A stretch of 64,000 nt of DNA from IMG/VR virus record IMGVR_UViG_3300029362_000002. One strand, 5' to 3'. This stretch comes from a virus. Positions 28,308 through 39,259 of the stretch are shown in pieces (position 1 is the stretch's first letter; every line of letters starts with the position of its first letter). The notes under the pieces were generated by a model that had not been told where the DNA came from, ran no database searches, and worked only from the letters and a program-made list of their open reading frames with translations. The translations under genes were made by a program, and so were the position numbers.

Positions 28308-31300
28308 TTTGGCAGAAACCGTAAGAATTGAGATTCCGGTGAGCGTGAAAGACAACACATCAGCAGGTGTGCAGTCAGCAACCAGAAATATGTCCAATTT
28401 CGAGAGAAGCATGAAAAGGACCGAACAGCAGTTAAACAGACTGGATCGGGCACATCATGTAAGAGTCGATGCTGACGATCAGGCATCTGGAACAATCAAC
28501 AGATTGTCGAGTGCTACCGAAAGCCTGGACGGAACAGCAGCAGATGTGGAGATTTCAGCCAATGATACGGCAAGTCAGATTGTCGATCAGGTTGAAGACC
28601 AGGTTAGCGCATTGGACGGTTCGGCGGCAGATGTGGATGTAGGAGCCAACGACACTGCCACCCAAGTAGTAAATGCGGCCAGTGATGCTGTTGAGAATTT
28701 TGACGGACAATCTGGTGACGCAGAGATTGGGGCTGATGATGGAGCTACTCCTGTTATACGAGCGGCAGAGGACGCAGTAGAAAACTTCGATGGAAGCTCT
28801 GGAGATGCTGAAATTGGTGCAGACGATGGCGCAACACCGGTGGTGCGAGCGGCACAAGATGCTGTCGAAAATTTCGATGGCATGTCCGGTGACGCAGAAA
28901 TCGGAGCTGACGATCAGGCATCTCCAGTCATTGATTCGGCCAGGGACAAAGCAGAGTCTTGGGCCGGTTCTGTTTTTAATGCCACCATAGGAATCATTGA
29001 TAATGTTACCGCACCAATACAGAGCGTGCTTAGAGCAGTAAGCAACCCTGTTGTTCAAGGGGCGTCATTACTGGGAGTTTCGCTAGGGGTAGCAGATACT
29101 GTAAACACATTCAAGGATTTTGAATCCATGATGTCTCAGGTGAAAGCCATATCAGGAGCCACAGGACAGGACTTTGAGGATTTGACTGCAAAGGCGAAGG
29201 AGATGGGAGCAACCACAAAATTCACCGCTACGCAGAGCGCAGAGGCGTTCAATTACATGGCGATGGCCGGTTGGCAGCCTACTCAGATGATAGACGGTAT
29301 TTCTGGTGTAATGAATTTGGCGGCGGCTTCTGGCGAAGACCTGGGAACCACCAGTGACATTGTAACCGATGCCATCACAGCTTTTGGACTACAAGCAGGA
29401 GACGCAGGGCATTTTGCGGATGTGCTGGCCCAGGCAAGCGCAAATGCCAACACAAATGTAGGTATGCTCGGTGAGAGTTTTAAGTATGTTGCACCTGTGG
29501 CCGGAGCGATGAATTATACAGTAGAAGACACATCCTTGGCTCTCGGTCTCATGGCTAACGCAAGTGTGAAGGGAAGCATGGCCGGTACTTCTTTGAAAAC
29601 AGCTATCGCAAATATGGCAGCACCTACGAGCAGTATGGCGGCAGCTATGGAAAAGTACGGAATCAGCATAACGGACAGCGAAGGAAACATGAAAAGCCTT
29701 AAAGGGGTCATGGACAATATCAGAAGTAGCCTCGGCGGTCTTGCAGAAGATGAGCAGACTGCGGCAGCTTCCACCATTTTCGGGAAGGAAGCCATGGCTG
29801 GTATGTTAGCTATCGTCAATGCGTCTGAAGATGATTACAACAAGCTGAGTACGGCTATTTACAACTCCAAAGATGCAGCTCAGGACATGGCAGATACGAT
29901 GATGGATAATCTGGCCGGTTCAATGACCTTGATGCAGAGCGCAGTAGAAGGAGTACAGAACTCTTTCGGAAAAAGGCTTTCTCCATATCTGAAAACTGCG
30001 GTTGAAGGAATTACTGCAGAAATGCCGGCAGTAGAAGAAGCACTGAACAATATCATGGATGTTGTGGACGGAAAAGCTACGTCACTTAAACGAAGCATTA
30101 AGAGCATGACAGGCTCCCAGGAGTGGAAAGATGCAGATTTCTTTGGGAAAGTTGATATTGCCTGGGACAAGATCATTGCAGAACCGTTTATGAGCTGGGC
30201 CGGATCAGAAGGTAAATCGATGCTGTCACAGGGAATCGGGAAATTGTTTTCCAGTGCATCAGCAATTCTACCTGGCGGTGAAAAAGCAGGTCTGACAAGC
30301 TGGTTAAGTGCCGGATTAATTGGAGTTGGAGCATCAAAGCTAATCAGCGGAGGAAAGAATGTCGCAAGTGCATTAACACCTATCGGATCAGCAATAAAAA
30401 ATATCGCATCAGCAGCCTCCGAAGCAGATACAGTCGGAGGATTTTTTACGTCCTTAACAGGAATGACTTCTAAAGCAGGAATGATCGGACTTGGAGCAGC
30501 AGCTATTGTTGCGGCTATTGCCGGTATCGCAGTGGCGGTAGACAATTACAATTCCAAAGTTCTGAATGATAATTTGGAAGAACATTTCGGAAAGATCAAA
30601 TTGTCTGCAAAAGAAGCGGAAGAAATTGCTTCCGGCATTCTTAATCAAAAGTACCTTACGAATGTAGAACTTGCTCTAAATGAGGTAAAAAACGCAGACA
30701 GCCTGAGAGAGGCAGCACAAAAAGCCCTGGAGTCTAACGATGTGCTGGAGTTCAAGAGTAGGGTAGGAATCACTCTCACTCCGGAAGAGAGAGAGGATTA
30801 TACGAGCAATATTAAAACGTTTGTGGATTCCAAAATCGAAGAGCTGCAGAGCAGGACGTTTGCTGCACATATTCATGTTCAGACCTACATTGGTGGAACA
30901 AAAGAAGGTGATACCCTCGCAAAGAATATCGAAGACTGGGCGAGAGCAGACAACTTGGAACTTACTAATCTGTCGAATGATCTGCAGACTGCTGTAGAAA
31001 AAGCCTTGACTGATGGCATCATCGATGTTGATGAAGAACAGGCAATCAGTGCTTTGCAGGAAAAAATGAACAATATTACTGCCCGTTGGAAAGAATCAGA
31101 AGCTCAGGCAAAGTGGGACTGGATCAACCAGGAGTACGGAAATCTGAACGCAGCCGATCTGGAAAGCGGGTCTTTTACTGAGCTACTAGAAGCTATGAGA
31201 GGTCAAAGGCAGTCAGCAAAAGAAAGCGTACAGGCAGATGTTGAACAGTGGTACTCAGAGCTTAATTCAATGGAATCGGCCGGCAGGATTACAGATGCTC

Positions 31301-33594
31301 AGAATAAGCAGTACAAAGAAATGACCGGCTGGTATGTGAAAGGACAGGAAGGAAGTGAGCTGACTAAGAGCTTGCAGCTGGGAGCAAACACACTGAACTC
31401 TGCATATGCAGAAAAAATTCAGAGTAATAGACAGAGCCTTGCAGAAAATGCACAGTATTCTTTGGAATCAGCACAGAATATGCTGGCAAGCGGAGATACT
31501 TTCTCTGCGTCAAATGCACTGATGTATGGCTTCAATGAGCTTGGCAATGGAAAAACACTTGGATTCACTACAGACGCTACACAAAATGCTTTGAGTACGA
31601 TGTATGAAAGCATGAAACCAGACGTAACGCAGATGCAGGGATTGATTGATGATTATAGGGAAGCCGGAAAAGCGGTTCCACAGAGCTTGATGGATTCTTT
31701 CAACGAAGCCGTTGAAGTCGGAGCGGCGGCAGGTGATACTGCGGCTACATGGCAGAATTACGCTAATCAGATTTGGCAGAATGGAAGCGATGAATTAAAG
31801 GCATCACTTACAGACCCAAGCAATCCTATGTACGAGACTATCCGTTCTCAGCTTCCACCGGAATTGACAGAGGCAATAGATCGAGCGGCGGCAGAGACAA
31901 CTACAGAGGACGTAACCCTGGAAGGCTTAAAGGCATCGGTTGACGGTGACGTAGATATAGACAAGGACAAATGGGTGTCTGCTTTAAATGAAAAGTTGGG
32001 AGATTTGGCAACAACAGAGGAAGTTACCGCAGAGGGTGCGACTATCAAAGTTGAAGCTGGGGACTGCTTATGGGATATTGGCAATGCCCTTGGTGTTGAC
32101 TGGCGGACTATAGCAGAAGAGAACGGCATCGAAAGCCCATACGTTATTCATCCTGGAGATGAAATCAAGATTTCCATGGACACATTAACTGCCGAAGTAG
32201 ATGGAGATGCAGCACAATCAGCAATCGATCAGGCAATGTCTGCGTTGACAACTGAGGGCGCTGAATTTTCTGTTACTGCAGAAGGCGTTCAAGTGGATTT
32301 GTCCGATGTTCAAGTAGATTCAGAATCAGCAGCCGCTCAGATTGAAGCGGCACTTGGCATGGAATCCGGAACACTTGCGGCGAATGGAATCGAGGTGCAG
32401 ACAGGAGCAACGGTAACTGTGCCATCAGAATTGGTGCAGGTAGATGCATCTGGTCTGCAGGGAGCAACTCAGGAGGCGGTAAATCAGACAGATACAGAAC
32501 CAGTCGAAAAGGATACGTCCGCAAATGTTAATGTTACGGATACAACAACAAATGCTGAAGATGTACAGGGAAAAGTGGAAGAGGATCTGCAAGGAGCTGT
32601 CGGGGATGCTTCGGTCGAAGGAAGTGCGAATGTTACATTCTCTGATGTAACGGCTGATACGTCTGGAGTCTTGGAACAGGTAACAGCAGAACTTGAAAAC
32701 GCAGTAAGCAACGTGCCAGCCAATGGTCATGCCGAAATTACCCTGGATCAGACCAATAATTCATCAGAAATCTATTCTCTTGCGACAGGAGATGTAGAGT
32801 CTGCATTTTCGCAAACAATTCCAACAGATGGTCATGCAGATGTTACGCTTGATCAGACAAACAATGCAGACGCCATTTATTCAGAATGCGCCGGACAGGT
32901 ACAGAGTACATTTTCTCAGGGATTCTCAGCCTCAGCAGATGTCGCAGTTACACTGAACTGGCATATTACGAATCCATCAGCCAGCATATCCACATCAAGT
33001 AGCGGATCATCTGTATCAGCTACTATTGCAGGTCATGCAAATGGAGGCGAAGTTGGATTAAGCGGACCAGAATTGTCATGGGTGGGCGAGGAAGGCTTAG
33101 AGTATATCATTCCTACAGTGCCAGGACGCAGACAAAGAGGAATCAGTTTGTGGATGCAGGCAGGAAAAACTCTCGGCATGTTTGGCCCTGACGGAGAAAT
33201 CTCAGCTCATGCCAATGGTGGAGCGGTAGGTGCCGGAAGCAGTATTATTCCGGAGGATTCCATACAGTTGGCACAGGTTCCAGAAAAGTCAGACAACACA
33301 GTCTGGAGCATTATGGGACAAGCGGTGTCCAACGAGAGCAGTAAGGATGCGTCAGAAGGAGACGGAACGACCTTCACTGTGAATAATGCGCAGCAGAATG
33401 ATGGTGGAGGAAAAGTTGAAGTCAATGTAAATATGAATCCGGTCATTAAGATTGAAGGAAGTAACATGGATGAAGAAAAGATTTTCCAGGTTCTGCAGAA
33501 TAGAATCCGAGAGATGGCAGATGATCTTGGCGATGAGATTGCAGAACGCATGGGTAAAATCTTCAACAATATGCCGGCAGTACAGGAGGCGTAA
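28300..33594 (+). CDS. Tail tape measure protein with N-terminal 29-aa tandem repeats and an internal LysM-like domain
   Basis: 1764 aa, lying after the chaperone pair. About five 29-aa repeats (..AVENFDGxSGDAEIGADDGATPV..). LysM-like segment GDCLWDIGNALGVDWRTIAEENGIESPYVIHPGDEIKIS at about 32041-32175. Confidence 0.85.
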   Translation: MNDLAETVRIEIPVSVKDNTSAGVQSATRNMSNFERSMKRTEQQLNRLDRAHHVRVDADDQASGTINRLSSATESLDGTAADVEISANDTASQIVDQVEDQVSALDGSAADVDVGANDTATQVVNAASDAVENFDGQSGDAEIGADDGATPVIRAAEDAVENFDGSSGDAEIGADDGATPVVRAAQDAVENFDGMSGDAEIGADDQASPVIDSARDKAESWAGSVFNATIGIIDNVTAPIQSVLRAVSNPVVQGASLLGVSLGVADTVNTFKDFESMMSQVKAISGATGQDFEDLTAKAKEMGATTKFTATQSAEAFNYMAMAGWQPTQMIDGISGVMNLAAASGEDLGTTSDIVTDAITAFGLQAGDAGHFADVLAQASANANTNVGMLGESFKYVAPVAGAMNYTVEDTSLALGLMANASVKGSMAGTSLKTAIANMAAPTSSMAAAMEKYGISITDSEGNMKSLKGVMDNIRSSLGGLAEDEQTAAASTIFGKEAMAGMLAIVNASEDDYNKLSTAIYNSKDAAQDMADTMMDNLAGSMTLMQSAVEGVQNSFGKRLSPYLKTAVEGITAEMPAVEEALNNIMDVVDGKATSLKRSIKSMTGSQEWKDADFFGKVDIAWDKIIAEPFMSWAGSEGKSMLSQGIGKLFSSASAILPGGEKAGLTSWLSAGLIGVGASKLISGGKNVASALTPIGSAIKNIASAASEADTVGGFFTSLTGMTSKAGMIGLGAAAIVAAIAGIAVAVDNYNSKVLNDNLEEHFGKIKLSAKEAEEIASGILNQKYLTNVELALNEVKNADSLREAAQKALESNDVLEFKSRVGITLTPEEREDYTSNIKTFVDSKIEELQSRTFAAHIHVQTYIGGTKEGDTLAKNIEDWARADNLELTNLSNDLQTAVEKALTDGIIDVDEEQAISALQEKMNNITARWKESEAQAKWDWINQEYGNLNAADLESGSFTELLEAMRGQRQSAKESVQADVEQWYSELNSMESAGRITDAQNKQYKEMTGWYVKGQEGSELTKSLQLGANTLNSAYAEKIQSNRQSLAENAQYSLESAQNMLASGDTFSASNALMYGFNELGNGKTLGFTTDATQNALSTMYESMKPDVTQMQGLIDDYREAGKAVPQSLMDSFNEAVEVGAAAGDTAATWQNYANQIWQNGSDELKASLTDPSNPMYETIRSQLPPELTEAIDRAAAETTTEDVTLEGLKASVDGDVDIDKDKWVSALNEKLGDLATTEEVTAEGATIKVEAGDCLWDIGNALGVDWRTIAEENGIESPYVIHPGDEIKISMDTLTAEVDGDAAQSAIDQAMSALTTEGAEFSVTAEGVQVDLSDVQVDSESAAAQIEAALGMESGTLAANGIEVQTGATVTVPSELVQVDASGLQGATQEAVNQTDTEPVEKDTSANVNVTDTTTNAEDVQGKVEEDLQGAVGDASVEGSANVTFSDVTADTSGVLEQVTAELENAVSNVPANGHAEITLDQTNNSSEIYSLATGDVESAFSQTIPTDGHADVTLDQTNNADAIYSECAGQVQSTFSQGFSASADVAVTLNWHITNPSASISTSSSGSSVSATIAGHANGGEVGLSGPELSWVGEEGLEYIIPTVPGRRQRGISLWMQAGKTLGMFGPDGEISAHANGGAVGAGSSIIPEDSIQLAQVPEKSDNTVWSIMGQAVSNESSKDASEGDGTTFTVNNAQQNDGGGKVEVNVNMNPVIKIEGSNMDEEKIFQVLQNRIREMADDLGDEIAERMGKIFNNMPAVQEA

Positions 33595-33597
33595 GAG

Positions 33598-34296
33598 ATG
33601 AATGCATCGATCAGACCTTCCGGCGGGGCTGTTACTCAGTTTCCAATGATGCCGGAAAAAATTACTCTTGGGGCAGATGCAAAGTTCATGACCTATTCTA
33701 TTATATCCCTGGGGGACGTAAAAATCCCCAGGGGACAGGGAATCAAGGAAATATCATGGTCCGGAATCTTCCCGGGGAAAGCGAGAAAAAATTATCCATT
33801 TGTATCATCGTGGGTTGATCCCAATACGCTGATTAAACGAATGGAGCAGTACCGAGACAATGGAACCATTTGTAAATTGTTGGTAACAGGAACCTGTATA
33901 AACTACAGCGTTTACATTTCCAGCTTCAAAGGCAAATATTCCGGTGGCCTCGGTGATTTTTATTATGATATCAAATTCATTATTGCAAGGGAGATTAAGA
34001 TTTACACAACGAAAGAGCTGAAAATCGGAACATCTTCCAAAACTCAACGGCCGGCATCGAAGAAAAGCAACAAGAAGTCCACGACCGGAAGTAAGACAAC
34101 AACCTACACGATCAAATCCGGAGACACGTTAAGCAGAATCGCTCAGAAGAAACTCGGCAAAGCTTCACGATACCCGGAAATCTATAAGCTGAATAAAAGC
34201 AAAATCGAAGCAGCTGCAAAGAAACATGGCAGGAAATCATCCAATAACGGACATTGGATTTATCCAGGAACGAAGCTAACTATTCCAAAGAAGTAG
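33598..34296 (+). CDS. XkdP-like LysM-domain tail protein
   Basis: C-terminal LysM segment YTIKSGDTLSRIAQKKLGKASRYPEIYKLN. Confidence 0.65.
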   Translation: MNASIRPSGGAVTQFPMMPEKITLGADAKFMTYSIISLGDVKIPRGQGIKEISWSGIFPGKARKNYPFVSSWVDPNTLIKRMEQYRDNGTICKLLVTGTCINYSVYISSFKGKYSGGLGDFYYDIKFIIAREIKIYTTKELKIGTSSKTQRPASKKSNKKSTTGSKTTTYTIKSGDTLSRIAQKKLGKASRYPEIYKLNKSKIEAAAKKHGRKSSNNGHWIYPGTKLTIPKK

Positions 34297-34307
34297 GAGG
34301 TGGTTTC

Positions 34308-35570
34308 TTGATAAATGTAAATAATGTTTCGTATACGGTAATTGTTATCACTGAAAAGAAGTTGCAGCTGAATATTACTCAGGCGGTTGAGGAGCTTGGC
34401 TGGGAAGAAAACGAAGATGAGCTGGCAATGAAGATACATTTCAATATGTATAATGCGTTGTACAACAAAGAACGTCTTTCTTCTCTTGTAAAAATTAACT
34501 CTGTTGTGGTAGTGAAGGCCTACTGGGGGAGCGGAAAGGGCATTGTTGCCATGGGAAATATCGTGGAATGTGAAAGAAAGGTTTCAAAAAGTGATGATGT
34601 TTTTAATGTCGTTGCCTATGACAACCTTTTTAATTTGCAGAAAAGCAGCGACAATGTTTATTTTGCTTCCGGAAAAAAGACAAAAAGTATTCTGACAGCA
34701 ATTTTCAAATCATGGGGCATTACCATTTCAAAGTACACCGGTCCGAATGTAGCACACAAGAAGATACTACTGAAGAACAAAAAACTGGGAGACATTATCC
34801 GGGAAGTACTGGATGAAGCCAAGAAAAAAGGCGGAGGAGCTGCAATAGTGCGGAGCACAGAATCAAAGGTTCAGGTTATCGCAAAGGGCAGCAACACAGA
34901 CATTTATCATTTTTCTGGTGATGTTTCCTCTCAGGTAAGCCACAAGATTAGTATTGCAAACCTGGTTACAAGGGTAAAAATTGTTTCTTCCGGAAAATCT
35001 GATGAAGCAGCAAAGGTAGAAGCAACCGTTAATGGAAAGACGCAGTACGGAGTGTTTCAGACGATTATCACTCATTCAAAGAGCGATAAGCTGGATGATG
35101 CCAAGAAGGAAGCAAAAGAAATCCTGGAAGAAAAGGGAAGCCCGAAAGTTACCAGTAAACTTATTGCACCAGATATTCCATGCGTCCGGAAAGGAGATAT
35201 AATCCATGCAAAAGTCGGTTCTCTGAACGGATATTATCTGATAAATAGCATTCAGCATAATGCTAAAAATGGTCAGATGACTATGGATGTTAAAAAGACA
35301 GCCGATCCTACCGCAGCACCAAAGAAGAAAACGCCAGGCACTACGAAAAAGAAGACATACAAAGTAGGAGATGTCGTGAATTTCAAAGGTGGTACACATT
35401 ACGATAGCAGTTGGTCAGATGCAAGAGGCTATAGAGCAACTGCAGGAAAGGCAAAGATTACGTTAGGACCGAACTGCGCAGGCAACGGAAAAGCTCATCC
35501 ATGGCATTTAGTACACATGGATAGCAAGAGCAATGTTTACGGATGGGTTGATGAAGGCACATTTGAGTAG
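34308..35570 (+). CDS. XkdQ/late-control-D-like baseplate hub protein
   Basis: The TTG at 34308 lies 7 nt after AGGAGG. Position and size match XkdQ. Confidence 0.55.
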   Translation: MINVNNVSYTVIVITEKKLQLNITQAVEELGWEENEDELAMKIHFNMYNALYNKERLSSLVKINSVVVVKAYWGSGKGIVAMGNIVECERKVSKSDDVFNVVAYDNLFNLQKSSDNVYFASGKKTKSILTAIFKSWGITISKYTGPNVAHKKILLKNKKLGDIIREVLDEAKKKGGGAAIVRSTESKVQVIAKGSNTDIYHFSGDVSSQVSHKISIANLVTRVKIVSSGKSDEAAKVEATVNGKTQYGVFQTIITHSKSDKLDDAKKEAKEILEEKGSPKVTSKLIAPDIPCVRKGDIIHAKVGSLNGYYLINSIQHNAKNGQMTMDVKKTADPTAAPKKKTPGTTKKKTYKVGDVVNFKGGTHYDSSWSDARGYRATAGKAKITLGPNCAGNGKAHPWHLVHMDSKSNVYGWVDEGTFE

Positions 35571-35581
35571 GAGGTGAAGCC

Positions 35582-35947
35582 GTGGCAGATACCGCAGGAG
35601 GAAATCCTGGAATGAATAAGCTGGCAAGAGTATTGCAGCAAAGAATAAAAGAAACTATGGAAGATGGAATAGGGGACATAGAGCCAGACTTCGGTGTCAT
35701 AGGAAAAGACGGAAGTTTGACAACTAATATGTTCCCTATTCCTATTCCCAAAGGAGAGTATTACCTTGGACGACTGGTTTCCGGATTAAAAATAAATATC
35801 TCCGGAGGAAGCCACGGAGGACACAATTCCGGAAACGGAAGCCACGAACATTCAGTAACTTTGCCAAAGGTGAAAGCTGGAGATACCGTTCTTGTAACAT
35901 GGGTAAAGAATACTCCTGTTGTAGTCGATGTAGTAAAGAAATCATAG
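35582..35947 (+). CDS. XkdR-like (DUF2577) baseplate protein
   Basis: GTG start after GGAGGTGA; position in the Xkd order. Confidence 0.5.
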   Translation: MADTAGGNPGMNKLARVLQQRIKETMEDGIGDIEPDFGVIGKDGSLTTNMFPIPIPKGEYYLGRLVSGLKINISGGSHGGHNSGNGSHEHSVTLPKVKAGDTVLVTWVKNTPVVVDVVKKS

Positions 35948-35959
35948 GAAGGAGGATTT

Positions 35960-36415
35960 ATGGCAGACCAGTTATTTCCGGTATTTGACCTGCCGGAGAT
36001 ACCGGACGATCCCGAATACGAAGAAAGATACCGCTCCTCGGTGGCGTTTGACTTCGACAAGGGAGATTTCGTGAGAGACGGATCAAATAAAATGGTTCGT
36101 GCAGACGGCAGGGAAGCATTTATGCAGTGGTGCTGGAAAGTTATTCAGACAGAAAGGGAAGCATTTCTGGCGTATAGCGATGATATTGGCACCGAGTTTG
36201 AAGATATGGAGGATTTCCCGGACAAGGATTCAAGGGAAAGCGAGATTGAGCGGACGATTACTGATGCGTTGCTGGTTCACCCGGCAACAGAGTACGTCCG
36301 CAATTTTATTTTTGATTACAGCTCTGGAGATGCGGTGGTTTCGTTCATAGTCAAAGGAGCGCAGTGGGAAGAGGAAGAAACAATATCAACTGTCTTTGAG
36401 AAAGGGGTGAGCTAA
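35960..36415 (+). CDS. XkdS-like (gp25/W-like) baseplate wedge protein
   Basis: Position in the Xkd order; 151 aa. Confidence 0.5.
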   Translation: MADQLFPVFDLPEIPDDPEYEERYRSSVAFDFDKGDFVRDGSNKMVRADGREAFMQWCWKVIQTEREAFLAYSDDIGTEFEDMEDFPDKDSRESEIERTITDALLVHPATEYVRNFIFDYSSGDAVVSFIVKGAQWEEEETISTVFEKGVS

Positions 36416-36416
36416 G

Positions 36417-37547
36417 ATGGCAGAAGACTTTACATTGCCTGCATTTCTGCAGGATTGCGATGTAGATACAATTCATCAGAGAATGATGGATATGCTTCCA
36501 GATGATATTGACAAAACGGAGGCTGGTTTCCCATGGGATTTCACCAGGCCAACAGCATTGATCGCATCGGAACTGCTGGAATATTACATCCCGGAAACAT
36601 TGAAGTTGATGTTCCCACAGTGGAGCAGTGGAGAATTTCTTGATTACCTTGCAAATATGGCAAGGTTAGCGAGAAAAGCACCGAACTTTGCCAGTGTTAC
36701 GATTGAAATTACCGGAGAACCAGGAACTATTATAGCAACAGGAACGGTGTTTGCGACACCAGCAACAGAAGAAGTGGAGTCTATAGAATTTGCCACCGAA
36801 GAGGCGTGCGTACTGAACGAAAATGGCACTGGAACTGTAATCGCCAGAGCGATGATTGCCGGCGTTGAATCAAACGTGAATGCAAATACAATTACGATGA
36901 TGTCAGTTCCGGTAGAGGGAATTATATCAATCACCAATCCTGTAAAAGCAACCGGCGGTACAGAGGAAGAGACGGACGATGAACTGAGAGAGAGAATCAT
37001 GGAGGCAAATGAGCAGATGGATGATTCTTATATCGGTAATGAGTCAGATTACAAACGCTGGGCTGAGTCGGTAGCCGGAATAGGAACAGCCATTGTTGTA
37101 CCGGAATGGAACGGACCAGAAACGGTAAAGATCATCGTGCTTGACGGAAACGGAGAAGCTGCAAACGAAACACTCCAGAAAGCAGTATATAACTACATAA
37201 TGAGTCCTGAAAGCCCGCTGGACAGGCTTGCACCGCCGAATACTATTTTGACAGTTTCCGCTCCGGAGCTGGTAGAGATAGATTATACCATCAAGAGTAT
37301 TGAACTGGAAGATGGATACGCCCAGGAAGAAGTCCTAAAAGATTTCAAAACTGGCCTTGCGAAGTATTACAAGACCGTAAATTCGGAAGGAGAAGTGAAA
37401 TACAATTGGGTACATTCAGTACTTACCAATACGCCCGGTGTTGATGATTTTGAGGAGTTGCTTATGAATGGCGGCATTTCAAACATCAAAATCAAACTGG
37501 ATCAGTATCCGAACACAAAGTCTGTCATGGTGAAGGAGGGAAGCTAA
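36417..37547 (+). CDS. Baseplate J-like protein (XkdT-like)
   Basis: 376 aa; position in the Xkd order. Confidence 0.65.
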   Translation: MAEDFTLPAFLQDCDVDTIHQRMMDMLPDDIDKTEAGFPWDFTRPTALIASELLEYYIPETLKLMFPQWSSGEFLDYLANMARLARKAPNFASVTIEITGEPGTIIATGTVFATPATEEVESIEFATEEACVLNENGTGTVIARAMIAGVESNVNANTITMMSVPVEGIISITNPVKATGGTEEETDDELRERIMEANEQMDDSYIGNESDYKRWAESVAGIGTAIVVPEWNGPETVKIIVLDGNGEAANETLQKAVYNYIMSPESPLDRLAPPNTILTVSAPELVEIDYTIKSIELEDGYAQEEVLKDFKTGLAKYYKTVNSEGEVKYNWVHSVLTNTPGVDDFEELLMNGGISNIKIKLDQYPNTKSVMVKEGS

Positions 37548-38429
37548 ATGTTTGATTTAGAGAACTTCCCAACCAGAGAACTTGCAAGGGACATGATGGG
37601 TATGATTTCCCCCATTTATGACAACTCATATGTGGGAAAATGGATTTTCGAGGTTATGAGCGTACCTCTGTCATTGGCGCAGGACACAATTAACGAATTA
37701 AGGGAGCAGGCATTTCCGGAAACGGCAACCTGGTCCCTTCCCTATTGGGAGCAAAGCTATGGGCTGCCGACCAATGAAGCGTTGAGTATTGAAGAACGCC
37801 GGAGCAGAGTTATTTCAAAAAGGAACTACAGGAAGCCGATGAATCCGGCCAGAATTGAGATGCTGCTGAAAGAATTGTGTAAAAGAGATGTCAAGCTAAT
37901 TGAAAACACAGCACCTCATACCTTTGAAATCAGCGTAAGCCCTGGAACTTCGGAAGCCAGTTTAGATCAGATTATAAAATTGGTGAACGAGGTGAAACAG
38001 GCACAAAAAAGTTTCCGAGTGGTTTTTGATACTCCAACAACAATCAAAATTCGGGCAGATCCTAAGCCGCAGAAATTCCCTTATCGAATGACAGCAAGAG
38101 GAAGAAAAGCAGGTACATATCCGCAAGTTAATTGGGTAGGGATTTCGGAACATGGTTCTGTTATTGTGACTGCGAACAGAATGAGTAGGGAATTTCCTTA
38201 TGTTGTAGCTGGAACCAAACCAGATAGAGCATACGATGCCCGTCTGACTGCGTTACAGCTGCAGGCTTCGTCAGAAGGTAAAGGTGTCGAGTTTCCCTAT
38301 CCTATTTCTGGCACAAAGCCAGATAGGAGCTTTCTGGCCGAGATAGAACCAGGAGCGTTGAATGTGCAGGTAGATAGCACAAATGCAGAAGTTTTGTATC
38401 GTGCTTGCGGAAGCAAAAGAAAATTGTAA
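37548..38429 (+). CDS. XkdU/YmfQ-like tail protein with three C-terminal FPY..GTKPDR repeats
   Basis: N-terminal half resembles DUF2313 proteins. The C-terminal half carries three related segments: FPYRMTARGRKAGTYPQ, FPYVVAGTKPDRAYDA and FPYPISGTKPDRSFLA. Confidence 0.55.
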   Translation: MFDLENFPTRELARDMMGMISPIYDNSYVGKWIFEVMSVPLSLAQDTINELREQAFPETATWSLPYWEQSYGLPTNEALSIEERRSRVISKRNYRKPMNPARIEMLLKELCKRDVKLIENTAPHTFEISVSPGTSEASLDQIIKLVNEVKQAQKSFRVVFDTPTTIKIRADPKPQKFPYRMTARGRKAGTYPQVNWVGISEHGSVIVTANRMSREFPYVVAGTKPDRAYDARLTALQLQASSEGKGVEFPYPISGTKPDRSFLAEIEPGALNVQVDSTNAEVLYRACGSKRKL

Positions 38430-38443
38430 AAGGAGGAGTAGCA

Positions 38444-38749
38444 ATGTTATCAGCTGCGGCACTGGCTGGATTCAGAAATCATGTGAAGAATACGGTCGCT
38501 TATGCCAAATACAAAATCGATTCCACCTATTACCAGTCAGAGATTACAGATATCACTATTAGCAGTGATGGAAAAGTAAAGATTGAATTTATATTAAACC
38601 CTTCGGTATCCGGCGAGGTAAAGGTAACAGAAGTACAGCTTTACAGTACAAGTGGAGAGCTTTGGTGGAGTAAAGCTGAAAATATCACCAAGAAATCCAA
38701 AAAGGAAGGTATTTATTACCGAGTAACCATCAACATTTTAGAAGAGTAG
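38444..38749 (+). CDS. Hypothetical tail protein
   Basis: The ATG at 38444 follows AAAGGAGGAG. Confidence 0.45.
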   Translation: MLSAAALAGFRNHVKNTVAYAKYKIDSTYYQSEITDITISSDGKVKIEFILNPSVSGEVKVTEVQLYSTSGELWWSKAENITKKSKKEGIYYRVTINILEE

Positions 38750-38765
38750 GAAGGAGGTATGCACA

Positions 38766-39257
38766 ATGTACGAACCGACATATTGGAAAGATGAAGTCGT
38801 AGAAAATCCGTATCGGTACAAAGAAACGCAGAACTCGGATGGAAGTATTGAACACGTCCCTGATCCGGGAGAAGTTCTGCAGGAAGGCACTGAGCAGAGC
38901 GCAACTAATTTCAATCACATGGAGCAGGGAATCCTGGAAGCACATGAAATGAGCGCAGAGGCTGTCAGGATGCTAAAAAGTGTTATGAGAAAAGTAGAGG
39001 GACTTGACGGTGAGAAAGTCACAGTCACCCTGACAAATTCCCAGACATATCCGTTTAACAACTCAGTGAAAACCATTCAGCTGAAAACTCCACGCAATTA
39101 TAAGACGTATCTTATCACCGCAGAAGTTATCAGCGTATCTGGTGGTGCTGTGGGAGATATTGAGTTTACGGACAAGCTGCTGAATGGATTCAAGGTAGCT
39201 TACACTGGATCTGCGAAATCAGTAACCATGGACCTGTATGTGAGAGGAGGAATGTAA
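38766..39257 (+). CDS. Hypothetical tail fibre-associated protein
   Basis: AAGGAGG RBS; position. Confidence 0.45.
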   Translation: MYEPTYWKDEVVENPYRYKETQNSDGSIEHVPDPGEVLQEGTEQSATNFNHMEQGILEAHEMSAEAVRMLKSVMRKVEGLDGEKVTVTLTNSQTYPFNNSVKTIQLKTPRNYKTYLITAEVISVSGGAVGDIEFTDKLLNGFKVAYTGSAKSVTMDLYVRGGM

Positions 39258-39259
39258 TC

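Noticed and set aside
28510-28950. Tandem repeats as a possible CRISPR array (also the 11-bp repeats at 60912-60944)
   Set aside because: The first set are in-frame coding repeats inside the tape measure gene. The second set are abutting 11-mers with no spacers. Neither has repeat-spacer organisation.
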